A stretch of 64,000 nt of DNA. Source: Camelus ferus. Its lineage: Eukaryota. The notes under the pieces were generated by a model. That model saw only the letters and a program-made list of their open reading frames with translations, had not been told where the DNA came from and ran no database searches. Below are positions 51,780 through 64,000 of this stretch, piece after piece (position 1 is the first letter of the stretch; every line of letters starts with the position of its first letter). The DNA is taken from the NCBI RefSeq assembly GCF_009834535.1, contig NC_045697.1, positions 112,594,001-112,658,000 of the forward strand, in the 5' to 3' direction. A program made the translations under genes and the position numbers.

Positions 51780-52200
51780 TGTATATAGCCTATAAATCCA
51801 TTAATTCCACTTCCAAGAGTGTAATTGCAAAAATTATATGGAAGGATGCCCACCATAGATGATGTATGATAATTTTAAAAATTTCAACCTTTGGTAGTAT
51901 GTTAAATCAGTTGAGATCCAGTCCTATGATGAAATACTGCACAGCCATTTAAAAAGAGGTTTACTATGAATTATAATTAAATCAATAAAGCCCATAAAAT
52001 TATACATGCAATACACACGCATACTAATACATATACACATATATAAGCATATAAATGCTTAGTAGTTATCTCTGGATTGTGGGTTTTACATTTTTTCTTC
52101 TTTCTTCTCTTTTATATTTTCTTCTTTTCTTCAGTGATCTTGTATTATATTTGCTATTGGATAAGACAAATGTGAAATATATTTAAAATGTAAAAGAATT
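51780..52200 (+). mobile_element. Ancient L1ME-like fragment
   Basis: 'taattccacttccaagag', 'gatgaaatactgcacagccatttaaaa', 'tagtagttatctctggattgtggg'. Confidence 0.6.
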
Positions 52201-52529
52201 TACCAGTTGTGAATGCTAGGAACACTCGCTTTGCGTAGGGCAGACTTTTTCTGTGATTTCTTGGCCCCTTCACCCTCTTAGTGATCCATGGACACACTCC
52301 CTAGTCATCTGTTTATAATTATTGTCCTTTCAGTTTGAACCTGTGACTGTTACCTCTGTTCAGATGCAGCAGAAAAGACACATTGTGCATATAATGATCA
52401 TTTCCTTGGCATGTCACCTATTTACAGAAATTGAAACCTTTTAAAGGAATGTGCTTTTTCACTTCAGGAAAAGAAGCTAATAGAATTGATAAATTTGGTA
52501 GCTGGAAATTATCTTTTAAATTGTGTTCT

Positions 52530-55500
52530 CCCCCTTTTTCACTTCTTGCCTGACTGCTCTGGCTAGGGACTTGGAGCACTACACTGGTAAGAGTGGTGAG
52601 ACTGGGCACTTTGTCTTGTTCCTGATCTTAGAGGAAAAGGCTTTTATTCTTTTACCATTGCATGTAATTTGTGCGGTTGTCATACATGACCCTTATTGTG
52701 TTGCAGTACATTTCTTTCTATATCCAATTTGTTTGAGAGTTCTAGTCATGAAAGGATATTGAATTTTGTCAAGTGCTTTTTCTGCATCTATTGAGGTGAT
52801 CTTTTTTTTTTTTTAATCTTTCACTCCAACTTTACTGCAACTCATCACACTCATTGATTTGTGTATGTTGAACCATCCTTGCATCCCAGGGATAAATTCC
52901 ACTTAATCATGGTGTATAATCCTTTTGATGCTCTGTTGAATTCGGTTTGCCAGTGTTTTGTTGAGAATTTTTGTGCTTATATTCACCAGGGATATTGGTC
53001 TATAGTTTTCTTGTAATGTCCTTACCTAGCTCTGTTTGGCCTCAAAAAAATGAGTTTGGAAGTGTTCCCTCCTCTTCAAATCTTTTGGATGAATTTGAAA
53101 AGATATGGTGTTAATTTTTCTTTTAATGTTTGGTAGAATTCACCTGTGAAACCATTTGGTCCTGAGCTTTTCTTTGTTAGGCAGTTTTGATTATTGATTC
53201 AATCTCCTTATTCATTATTGGTCTGTTCATATTTTCTGTTTCTTCATAATTCAGCTTTAATAGGTTTTATCTTTCTAGGAATTTATCTGTTTTTTCTAGA
53301 TTTTCCAATTTGTTGGCATATCGTTGTTCATAGTAGAATCTTATAATCCTTTGTATTTCTGTGGTGTCCCATAAGTTTGGGTATAGTGTGTTTCCATTCT
53401 CATTTGTTTCAAGACATTTAGAAATTTCCCTTTCAATGTCTTCTCTGACCTGTTGGTTGTTGGGAGTGTATTGTCTACTTTCCTTTTACTTGTGAATTTT
53501 GTTGCTTTCCTCCTGTTACGTATTTCTAGTTTTATTCCATCATGATCAGAAAAGCTTCTTGATATGATTTCTATTCTCTTGAATTTGTTGAGAATTGTTT
53601 TGTGGTCTAACATGACGTATCCTAAAAAAATGTTCTGTGTTTCCTCGAGAAGAATATGTATTTTGTTCCTGTTATATGAAACACTCCGTATATGTCTTTT
53701 AGGTCCATTTGTCTAAAGTGTTGTTCAAGTTTGCTGTTTCCTTACTGAGTCTGTCGGGATGATCTATCCATTGTTGGGAGTGGGGTATTAAAGTCTCCAG
53801 TTACTGTTGTTTTGCTATTTATTTCTCCTTTTAGCTCTGTTGGTATTTGTTTTACAATGTAGATGCTCTGATGTTGGGTGCATAAGGGTTTGCAATTGTT
53901 ACATCTTCTTGATAGATTGACCCCTTTATCATTCTATCGTGACTTTCCTTGTGTCTTTTGATCATTTTAAATTTAAAGTCTATTTTGTCTGACTTATGTA
54001 TAACTTTCTTTTGGTTACCATTTGCTTGAATTATTTTTTGTATCCCTTTACGCTCAGTCTGTGTGTGTTCTCAAAGCTAAAGTAGTCTTTTGTTGGCAGG
54101 ATATGATAGGATCTTGTTTTTTATTCCTTCTGCCATTCTGTCTTTTGATTGGAGAATTTAGTCCACTTACATCTAAAGTCATTGTGGATAGGTAAAGATT
54201 TATCATTACCATTTTGTGCATTTTTTTCTCTCTGTTTTGTAGATTCCTTGTTCGTTGTTTCCTCTCTTGCTGTCTGTGATTTGATTACCACCATATGCTT
54301 TCACTCTTTTACCATAATCTTTTGTGTATCTCCTCAGTTGGACAAGCGTCCAGAGCCTCTTGTTGGTGGGGGCCACGTGCTGTGCTCCACACCTGGATGG
54401 AGTCACTTGCTGGGCTCCCTCCTGGGCAAGGTCACAGGCTGCATTCAACAATCAGCAGGGCTACTGGCTGGGTTGTGCTGCAGGGCAGGGACGTAGGCAG
54501 GGCCACACGGCTGGGTTGTACAATACACTGTTGATTGAGGCTGTCCAGGGTCATCATTCAGACTCCGTGGCTATGTAGGGCCAGTGGCTGAATTTAACCT
54601 CTGGGTGGGCTGTTGGCTTAATTCTCTGCCCAAATACAGCTGTAGGATGGGCTCTGAAGCTGGCAGGATTCTCTGGCCAGTCTTCCTGGTTGCATGGAAC
54701 TGGAGACCATATTCAGCTGTGGAACAGGGCTGCAGATTTGCTTCTGTGTCCAGGCAGGGCATTAGACCTCCCATCAGGTTCCAGTTAGGGCCACTGGCTC
54801 AGCTCTGCAAATGGACAGAGCTGTGGCTGGGACTTCTGCTTTGATATTACAGCAAATGTATGTAGGATGGGCTTCATAGCTGCTCCGGTTCTCTGGCCAG
54901 GCTTCCTGGTCCAGCAGCACTGGAGGCTACACTCAGCAGTAGGTGGGACTTTGAATTTGCCTCCCTGCCCAGGTGAGACTGTAGAGGAGTCTCCATGGCT
55001 GGAATAGCCCTGTTGGCTGCACCTAAATCAGGCAGAACTGCCCACTGAGCTCCCTGGGCAGACAGGGCCATGGGCTCTGCCCTGCAGATGGGCAGAGCTG
55101 CAGGCTGGGATCTCTGCTCAGGGGAAGCTTCGAGGAGGAATGTGGTCTGACAACATCTGAGCTTTAGTTGCTGTCAGCCCTGCCCTGTCTCTCCATTTCT
55201 ATCTGATCCTAGGTGATCAAGCCCCACAGATTTCCCCAGTGATCTGTGAGGCAAGACCCAAGTAGGCCTGTTGAGAAGTGCCCTTGCTCAATGCTGGGGA
55301 AGCTAGATGTTCACCTCAGGCTCTTTGTTTTCTTCCTGGAGAAACTGTAGGCCAGCTGGTCCTCCTGGGGCAGCACTGGGCTGGCTTGGGAAGGATGATG
55401 ACGTCAGAGTGTAGCTGCTCTTCTTATCCTTCGAATGCTGTTCTTTCCTGTCACTGTGGTCCAAGAGCCTGCTACAACCTCATCCCTGGGTTCTAGACGC
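52530..55500 (-). mobile_element. Older L1 5' half: GC-rich 5' UTR (about 54335-55500), inter-ORF, ORF2 endonuclease to RT start; ORF1 not seen
   Basis: ORF 53341-53613 DHKTILNKFKRIEIISRSFSDHDGIKLEI (endonuclease SDH motif); antisense ORF2 'gttgaaccatccttgcatcccagggataaattccact'. Confidence 0.85.
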
Positions 55501-57278
55501 CTGTTGCCATGTTGATGACATCACTTCTAGCTTGTAAGTTTCTAGTACTGAAAATATACTACTAATGTACGTGATATTTCCGGCCTCTTTCTCTTTCTGT
55601 CTCGGTCTCCCTCTCTCTTTCTCTCTCTGTTGGTATCAATAGAATATCCTTAATTACCGTGTGCTGCAAACATTTTGAATGTCATAGGTACACGGTTAAT
55701 ATTGTTGACTGAAACCCACTACCTATGACAAAAAGAAGCTTCATTTTGATAGGTGCAGAAGATGGTTCAGATTTTCTTATTAGTTGCTGATTAAAATCTT
55801 TTGTTTGGGTAGGATGTGGGCTGAGTTTGGATCTTCTTCCTCTTGATTACCAAGCCATATTGATGGCATGAGCCATCCTGTGGCATGAGCCATCAGCACC
55901 TCACGTCTTCTCATACATGTGCTGTGTGTAGACATCAACATTTGGATGAGTGTCTTGAGAATCTCAGAACTGAGTAGCATTTAGAGAAGGGTGTTATGTG
56001 TAGCCCAATGAGTTGCAGGTTTTAAAGGATGTATGCCAACACCAACCTCCAGGTCTCTCATTCTGCTTTCCAGGTACCTCGCTTCTATTGGTGTTGGAAC
56101 AAAACAGGTGAGCCAGGTACTGGGGTATCTTGGATGACCTTCAGCATGGCTTTACCTGAATTAATAGATGTTGGTATAATTACACAGGAGGCAGACTTTC
56201 TTAGTAACTGGCATCGTTCAGTTTGATTTAATTTCTAAATAGGAGAAATGAATCAAGATGGACGGGACAGACTGACCAGATCAAATAAGAAATTACAGTT
56301 CCATTTTAGGCCAACCTATCAATTCATCTAGAAGCTTTTTTTTTCCCCCTTGTGCACCATTATTGTCTTATCTGATAAAAAATGCAATCTCAAAGATAAG
56401 TTATTGCAGAATGTTCTGATCTCAAAACTCTATACAAATATATGGCTGACTGGTTTTGAATGAAAGGTTTTATTCTGTTAAGATCTGGGTGTTTTGTTTA
56501 AGTGGCATTGATAGACACAGGAGGCAGGCAGCATCTCCTAACCTACATGTTTTCCTTCAAAACATTACTGAGTTTTACATCATAATCTGTTACTGCTCTT
56601 ATAATTCATTTGTCGCCTGCAGACACCCTACTTTTTCTTAAAACAACTAAACAAAATACAAAATAAATGAGCTTTTACTGACACGTGAAGTATATTCCAC
56701 TCATTTACAGTTTATTTTGTTAAGAAAGGTATAAAACAAAGATTTATGATAAAAATATAAAATTGAAAAGTCATATAAAATAGAAAATGCAAACGTATAT
56801 GAAAAAACAATTTTTATGATTAAGCATAAAAATTTAGCTGTGAGCTTCCAAAAGCAAGGCAAGTATGGAAGAAGGGCTGCTGTGTAATTCTCATGATCAG
56901 ACCAGACAAAATACAGAAGTTACTGAAGAAACACCATTCTTTCTGACATTAGAGTCTGCAAAGGAATTTATCACATGGATCCAAAAGCAAGAGTTAAAGA
57001 CAGTAGATGATACTGTCTGAACCATGGATTGGTAAAAGATGCAAAAATTGTTCATAAAAAATACCCTATTGATTTTCAGTGGAAGCCAAAAGCAAATGGT
57101 TAAATTAATACTGAGTGAAATATGCTGGAAATTTGTGTGTGAGGGAGGTGTGTTTGCATGTGAGTATGCTACCTGATATCAAAGGCAAGCATTAGATACC
57201 TGATATTTAGAGATGCTTGTCTCTAAAGGACAGGAGATAGTGTCTTCCTTAAATAGGCTTGTCAAATACCAGTTTTCT

Positions 57279-57718
57279 TGTCAAGTGGGCTAAACTGAAA
57301 CACACAACATGAGAGCTGTGAGTTCAGTTTTATTTGAGGCTTACTGAGGACCATAGCCTCAGGCTTAATGAGGACCATAGCCCTTAGAAAGCTCTAAGGA
57401 ACTGCTCTACAGACTAGGGGGAGTTCAGTACACACATGATTTTGGTGAAGGCGGCGTGTGCATTCAAACACATCTCGGGAGCAGGTTGCTGCCAGCCTTG
57501 AGTGGGAGATGTCTCCGTCAATTTTAGTGCTTCTCTTTAGGTATGAGAAGACACGAGAGATTGGGCTCATAAAATTTTCTCCTGAAAGTATCTAGCTGCC
57601 TGAAGACCTGTTCTGCCAGTTTCTCTTAGGCCACAGAGGGCCTCATTCCTGCGACTGCAGTGGTTAGTGACTTCATCCTTGTAAAACCAGATGACGAGCC
57701 ACATTTTTTTCGTTGTCA
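57279..57718 (-). mobile_element. ERV1-type solo LTR with an internal ~24-bp tandem duplication
   Basis: TG...CA termini; antisense poly(A) signal 'gttttattt'; 'aggcttactgaggaccatagcc / aggcttaatgaggaccatagcc'. Confidence 0.7.
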
Positions 57719-59440
57719 GGACCTACACTTAGCAGTAGCAACTTATACTTCCTGTCCATTGCCTGGGGTGCAAACAAGATATAAACCTGCTGCGGTGCTG
57801 ATAAAAGAGGAAACGTGTTATTTGGACTCTAGCCAGATACGGGACAAGTTTTCTCTTCTCTCTTCTCTATCTCCTCAGCTCCTTTCTCTCTCTTTTTTTT
57901 TTTTTTTGTTCACTTGACCCTGACGAATATTCTGGCCTCTCCAAGATAAATCCTAATTAGCCCAGATACTGTTCAGCTCTCCCTCAATACCCCCTCTATT
58001 TCACTAGTTACACATTGAGGCTCAGGAGAGATGCTTAATTCCCTGTGGGTACCCGCTGGTGGAGGAGATGTTGGAAAAGCCAGTGGTCAACATGGAATTG
58101 CTCCTGTAAGAGGTGAAGCAGAGCTATCATTACACATCCACTAACACTTTTGTACTAAGTAAACTAGCCTTTGTTCTAGTGTTTCAGAGGTAAATTATAG
58201 TGATATTGCTCCAGATATCCATTGGATAAATTTTAGACTTTCCACAGAATACCACAGGGATTTAGTATCTTAATATCTTTTTCATTTTTTTTTTCTGCCT
58301 GAGATGCATGGAGTTAGTATGAATTATTAAGCCACGTACGTGAACAGGGAGGAAAGTTCAAAAACCATTTCTGAGCTTTCCTTGTGGGTTGGAAGAGCCA
58401 GTAATAGGGTTTTCTGATGGTAGCAAGTTCAGCTGATTATATGACTGGGATACATTGTCAGCAAAAGAAATGCATTCAGCTGTGCTGTTATCCAGTTTCT
58501 CCTCCAAAGATCAGATAGAAAAACAAGCATTGGTAAACGGGGGTCTTCCCACCTAGAGGACTATCTTAAGAGTCTGATAATTACTTTGGCCTTCCTACAC
58601 CTCACAGTTACCATCAGAAGATGCTCAGAAGTATAGCAACAGTATAGGTTGCCTAAGACGGTGGCAAAGTCTGCCTCTTCAAGGATTTAGACTGGGCATC
58701 ACGTAGGAGGCAGAACTGTCCCTCCCCCTATTTTCACCAGCAGCTCCTCCTTTAAGTGCATTATGTCCTCTTTGTCTGTGAAATCTCAGCTGTGTATCCT
58801 TGAAAATATATGCAGAATAAACCTCAGATTGAAGTTAATTTAGTAACTCGGGCTCGCCATATTCTATTTCAGAAGTTTGTCGTTAAGCTTTAGATAAAAG
58901 GTTTAGAGAAGAATCATGAAAGGAGCATATTAAGTTTAATTTAGATTCAATAGGTAGTTCAGATAGATCATTAACTATGTTAGTTAATCCCATATTGCGC
59001 ACTCAATAAATATTTGTTGAGTGAAATTGAAATTAATAGTCTTGTCATTTTGAATTACTTGTTTACACTTTGTTAGTTCAAAATTAAAGTACAGTAAAAT
59101 TCATTATGCTCCAGTTTCTTCTGTAGTATTAGAGCTACCTACTGCCTCTAATGGGTGATTGTAACTCTGTTAAAGTAATATCAACATAAGACACCTAAGA
59201 AGCATTGTCCAATGTGTGTGACATTATGCAGCATAATTTTTATTGATGACACCTCTTAAGACATAAAAAGTTTGTTATGAAGCATAATAAAGACCTTTTT
59301 TTTTTGTTTTTGTAGCAGAGGAGATTTTAATTATTTGCTTTCCTTAAGCAATGTGGAATACAACTTGGGAGTCATTATTTATTTGTTACCACCACGCCAA
59401 AAGAACCAGCATTGGGAGATTCAAAATGGGTTAAAAAGTG

Positions 59441-59477
59441 TACATACAAACACACACACACACACACTCACACACAT
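59441..59477 (+). repeat. (CA)n microsatellite, imperfect
   Basis: Seen directly. Confidence 0.9.
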
Positions 59478-59509
59478 ACTTTTTTTTTTTGATTTAAAAA
59501 TATCCAGCA

Positions 59510-59564
59510 AAAAACAAAACAAAACAAAACAAAACACAAAACAAAAACCAAAAAACAAACGAAC
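59510..59564 (+). repeat. (CAAAA)n tract flanked by a perfect 14-bp direct repeat
   Basis: AAAAATATCCAGCA at 59496-59509 and 59565-59578. Confidence 0.9.
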
Positions 59565-61184
59565 AAAAATATCCAGCATATGCATTAACCGCTGCTCCAC
59601 CTGGAACAGGGTGCAGGACTGTTTGATTCTCAGCAGTAGAGGGATCTTCACAAGATAAACTGTTGTCCACTCTTTGCAGACAATGCAATCGTTCTGGCTT
59701 CCATGTCAGCAGCCTTGGTGAGCAGACAAGTACTGAGGGCATTTCAGCTCAGGACACTGAGGTTTACGCATTTCTGGCTCCGCTTCTTGACATTTTAGCT
59801 CAGCCTTGGAAGCAGATGCAGCTTATCTCAAGATATTCCTGTGTCATCTGTGACTTAGAGATGGTTTGATTGGCGATGTTTTCAGAAATAACCTGTTTAA
59901 CTCATTTAAATAGAAGAAGATCAGGATACAATGGTTCAGTTTACTGTTGGGGTTGAAAATTGTATTACTGTTTTAAATGACTTGGCATTTTTGAACCTAA
60001 AACCTCTGATTGGTAATAAACATAAAGTTTATGTAGAATATTCAACAGTCAGTAGAGTATCAAAGTTTTTATTCTATAGAAGCTTTTAAAATGGCTTCTT
60101 ACTGTGTAATAAATTAAAGAAACTATGCCTAATTTGTAATTGAAATGACTGTACTTAAATCAGATCTGTCCTACTCAAGAAGGACAGGTTATGCTGAAGG
60201 ACACAGCCCAGACACACTTACTTTTTTATTTCATATATGTCATGCCTGTAAGAATCACCAAACTTTTTGTTTTCATTTGGCTAAGATTATATAAAAAATA
60301 CAACTTTGAGACAAATTCTTACAGATGTAACCCTTTAAGAATTCAGCCTTGAAATCTTGTAAAACTGCTTGGAATCACAGAACCCTCAAATTACATGCTG
60401 AACCACTTCAGATTTACCTGCAAGTAAGTGCTAACCTGCGGTTAACTAAGTACTAATTCAGTTAAATTGGAGTCCTCTGTTTCTTAGCCTGTGAGAATAA
60501 CTCTTTTAGCAGGGACCATAGTAGGATTTAAAGCTTGAGATCCTTGGAAGGGAGGTAGATGGAGGAACCTTAAAGTGAGAAATATCTACTCTAATGGGGT
60601 GGGTGTTGAGTGTAAAAGGAAACCAGCCAAAAAGGAAGAACAAGATAGTGGGTATGTCAAGTAGACAACCTTTGGGCATCAGGAAGGTCTAGCTAGAGAA
60701 AAGGAGTGTTTGCCGGGCAGTCTGGACACAGTTGGACGAAGTTCGTATTTGGCGATAACAGCCCTTGGCACAGTTGATATTAGGGAAAGTCTGTTACAGG
60801 GTAACAAGTCCCCATCCCAAAGTAGAGATTATTTAGCATTTATATCAATAGCTCCCAGGCTCTAGATTTCTTTCCTGAAGCAGCTTATATCTTACTTTTT
60901 CAGCATAGTTTTCAGTCGTGTATGTGTACACCTGTGGAAGGGAAGAAAGAGACATAAAGGATAATTTTAAAAACCAGAAATGACTCTGCCTACCAACGCA
61001 GAAGTTAAACATTGGGACTCTTCTCCAGAGACCTCAAGTCAGGCTTCCAAGATGATGTACTTTGCCTGAATGGACAATAATCTGCATCTTCTGGCTCCTC
61101 AAGCCATGCTGAAGCCCTAGTGGTTACCAGGGATCATGTTTGGGAGTGGAGGTCACTGTGGAGCGTGGTGGGAGGAGCCGCAGT

Positions 61185-61207
61185 GGGTTGGGTGGGGTGG
61201 GGTGGGG
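61185..61207 (+). other. Canonical G-quadruplex-forming motif
   Basis: GGGTTGGGTGGGGTGGGGTGGGG: five G-runs with 1-2 nt loops. Confidence 0.7.
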
Positions 61208-62924
61208 TAGTCGACAAGCCTGCGGCAGCGGGGGCTGGGCGGGTTTGGAGAAGAAGGACCAGAGCCCACACTGGGCGGCCAGTCTTCCCGGACCCTTAAG
61301 CAGGGGTGATGGCGGAGTCAGCAATTGTGTAGGAGGATGTAGCTGGTGTAGCAGGGAATTAAGGCATGTTTGGAGGCTGAACAGAGCACTTATCTGCAGA
61401 AGCAATAATAACATATTTGTTTATTGTGATGGGCAACTGGATGCTTTTGAGAAACAAAGAGAGTCAGTTATGATTATTTCCTTTTGATAGAAAGACTAAG
61501 CCGTAGTTACTCCGCCCCCGTCAGGGAGTCTGGAATTTGACCATTTGGGCTTTTCTTGAACAGCACATGGAGAATTTCCTACCTGGGGCTCTTTGTTTAG
61601 GGGTGAAAAAAGGCATTAAAGATGCAACAGGTGGTTTTAACAAATGTATGCAAATTACATTATGATGGAAATTGCGTCTCAAAGATTTTCTCATTAAGTG
61701 AAGGGCCAAGAATCGGTATGTAGGAAACACTTCATGTCTGTAGTTTGATATATTCACCGTTTCAGTGCCGCTTGAGGTACTCTGTGAGCCAGCGATAGCG
61801 TTCTCGTGGTCTGTGTGATCAGCTGTCTCTAATTAGGGCCTCAGCTCACTTGAAAGGATGTGTACTGCCTTCTTAATATTTAATTTGATTTTAAAAATTA
61901 GCCTCCTGTGATGGTGATGTACGTCCATCACTGCAGCCAGAGCTCACTGAGAGACCTCTGTGGGGTTAAAGGCGTGCTGGACACTAGCCATGGTGGCCTG
62001 TCACTAACGCCTTGTTTTAGAACCTTGTCAAATATTGCTTTTGAGATGTGTAACCATCCTTTCCCACAGACTTCTCATCACCCCTCTCATGGAGGTACTG
62101 AGGAATATGAAAAATACTAGCGGGTGGGGTTTCTTCCCCACCGGCAACATTTTCTGCTCACCCAGACATTTTACAGCAGAATTTCTTGCTGAAGTGCCAT
62201 GGTATCATTCCATTTGCCACGAGAGTTGGAATTTCTTTGATATCAATTTTAGAGAGCTCGATAGAGCTTTTAAACATACAGACAAAAGAACCAGACACTT
62301 GAGATGGAGCTGTATTTGCCCTGTGGTTTATTCTGAAGTTCCCGAAATGAGTGCTTCAGTAGACAGGATAAAAGAGGAGAGTGTAGATATTTGGCTTTTC
62401 TGATCAATTTTGCAGAACCTCCGAATACCTGAAATAGAGCGCAGCAGTTGCTCCAGTGGGAAGAGAAATGCTATTCTCGCCCATTTGTCAAATCTCTGCT
62501 TTTCTATATAACAACATGAACTCTGAAAAAATATCCTCGGGGCCCAAAACTGATTAAAACTCTGTGGAGTACGTGTGCTGCCTTAGGTGCTCTCTGGAGC
62601 TGCAAAAAAAGAGAAGGTTTTGTCCTTCCAACAGGGACAGTAAATCGAATAAGAGCCACAGGCAAATAAAAGAGACTGTGTACAAGACAGGGGAACAAAT
62701 ATTAATAAAGACACCAACATTCATAAAATGGGCTGAATGAAAAGTTTGCCATCAGCTTAGTGAACTCTATTACACCAAGAAAAGGATGCATACAAATGCC
62801 GTTACTACTGCTAAGAAACACCACTGAAATCCTCTTATAATAGGCAACTTAAGTACCTCATATTAAATCTCAGCCACAGCCCCATAAGAGAGCATAATCA
62901 TCAATTGAAAGAGAAGAAAGGTAA

Positions 62925-64000
62925 CTTTTTTTTAATTAAGACTATTTTTTAAGAGCAGTTTAAGGCGTTACTGAACCAAACTTGGGTCCACTTGCCCTCG
63001 CGCAGGAAAGCCAACCTACTGACACTGGGTCGTGGTGAAGGAAAATGCAGCATTTATTACAGGCACCAAGCAAGGAGTACAGGTAGCTAGTGCTTAAAAG
63101 ACTCCCAGCTCCCCAGTGGTTTTCAGGGAAAGGTTTTTTAAAGGCAGGGTGAGGGAGGGGGCTGTGGGGTGTGTGATGAGCTCATGGACAGTCTTCCGAT
63201 TGGTGGGTGGTGAGGCCATCAGGAGTCAACATCATCAACCTCTGGTTCCAACCGGCCTGGAGTCTATGTGCTTGTGGGCTGTATGCAGTTAACTTCTTCC
63301 ACCTGGTGGGGGTTTCGGTCTCTGCAAAACAGCTCAAAGGACATGGCTCAGAATATTATCTGTAGCCCTAGAGGAGGAACTAAAGTTCCTTGACTTAGTT
63401 TTAATGTTTAAACTAGTATTATTTTGTCTTGCTCAACTGTTTTTATTTCTTTCTGCATTTTCTCACTTCTCTGATTAAGTGTAGTCCTTGGAACTCAGGG
63501 AAACCTGGGAGACTAAAGTTTTTACACAGATTAGAGGCAGGCAGAGGACCTGGTGGGGGAGAGGTCTGTTCCGGGAAGACCCCATAGGGTCCTGCTCCCT
63601 TACAAAGGGTCCCAGCAAAATTAAGGAAGGTACACAAAGTTCCCACATATCCTCTGCCCCCACACATTCACAGCCTCCCCCATTTTCAAACCTACATTGA
63701 CACATCCATATCCCAAATTCCATAGTTTAAATTAGGGTTCACACTTGGAGCTGTGTACTCTGAGGTCTGGACAAGTGTATAATGGCAGGTGTCCATCACT
63801 GGGGTACCATACAGAGTATCTTCACTGTCCTAAAAATCCCCTGTGCTCCACATATTTATCCTTCTTTCCTGCCCCCAACCCCTGGCAGCCTCTGAACTTT
63901 TTACTGTCTCCATAGTTTTGTCTTTTCCAGAACATCGTATAATTGGAATCACGCAGCACGTAGCCTTTTCAGATTGTCTTCTTTCACTGAGTAAGATGCA
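62925..64000 (-). mobile_element. L1MC/MD-like 3' UTR interrupted by an LTR; continues beyond the window
   Basis: 'gactattttttaagagcagtttaagg' resumes at 'gtcccagcaaaattaaggaaggtacacaaagttccca...tttttactgtctccatagttttg'. Confidence 0.88.
62966..63604 (-). mobile_element. ERV1-type solo LTR with 4-bp TSD AAGG
   Basis: 'cgttactgaacc' ... 'agggtcctgctcccttaca'; AAGG at 62962-62965 and 63605-63608. Confidence 0.85.

Noticed and set aside
55862..55895. Tandem TGGCATGAGCCA palindromes as NFI sites
   Set aside because: Spacer is 4 nt rather than the 5 nt of TTGGC(N5)GCCAA; most simply a short local duplication.
59000..59023. Near-perfect 24-bp palindrome CACTCAATAAATATTTGTTGAGTG
   Set aside because: Matches the naturally quasi-palindromic L2 3' terminus.
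61124..62403. ORFs of 96-122 aa in the unique right-hand region as coding exons
   Set aside because: No recognisable domain, mostly non-ATG starts, and no convincing splice-site pairs; lengths are within chance expectation.
43299..63604. The two related LTRs as ends of one 20-kb provirus
   Set aside because: They are too divergent, each interrupts its own L1 that resumes on the other side, one has its own TSD, and no gag/pol/env lies between them.

Overview
AT-rich mammalian non-coding DNA (intergenic or deep intronic), most likely from a camelid (alpaca/camel): it carries a tRNA-Ala-derived Vic-1-type SINE and I saw no Alu, B1/B2, Bov-A/BovB or PRE-1 elements. I found no supportable host protein-coding exon, RNA gene, CRISPR array or prokaryote-type system. 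The longer ORFs in the track are broken LINE-1 ORF2 pieces, antisense frames of L1, or chance ORFs. Roughly half of the window is recognisable transposon fossil: young and old L1, L2, MIR, MaLR/ERVL/ERV1 LTRs, an ERVL integrase-dUTPase remnant, and hAT and Tc1/mariner MITEs. The points most worth checking are a near-consensus CTCF motif inside ERVL coding sequence, two L1s inserted one after the other at the same site, an inverted (twin-primed) L1, a poly(A)-only insertion that became a microsatellite, an L1 lacking ORF1, a possible hAT-Blackjack transposase relic, and a few motif-dense repeat-free enhancer candidates. I cannot support a new biological system here. Repeat subfamily names come from my recall of consensus sequences and most boundaries are approximate; both need RepeatMasker/Dfam confirmation.
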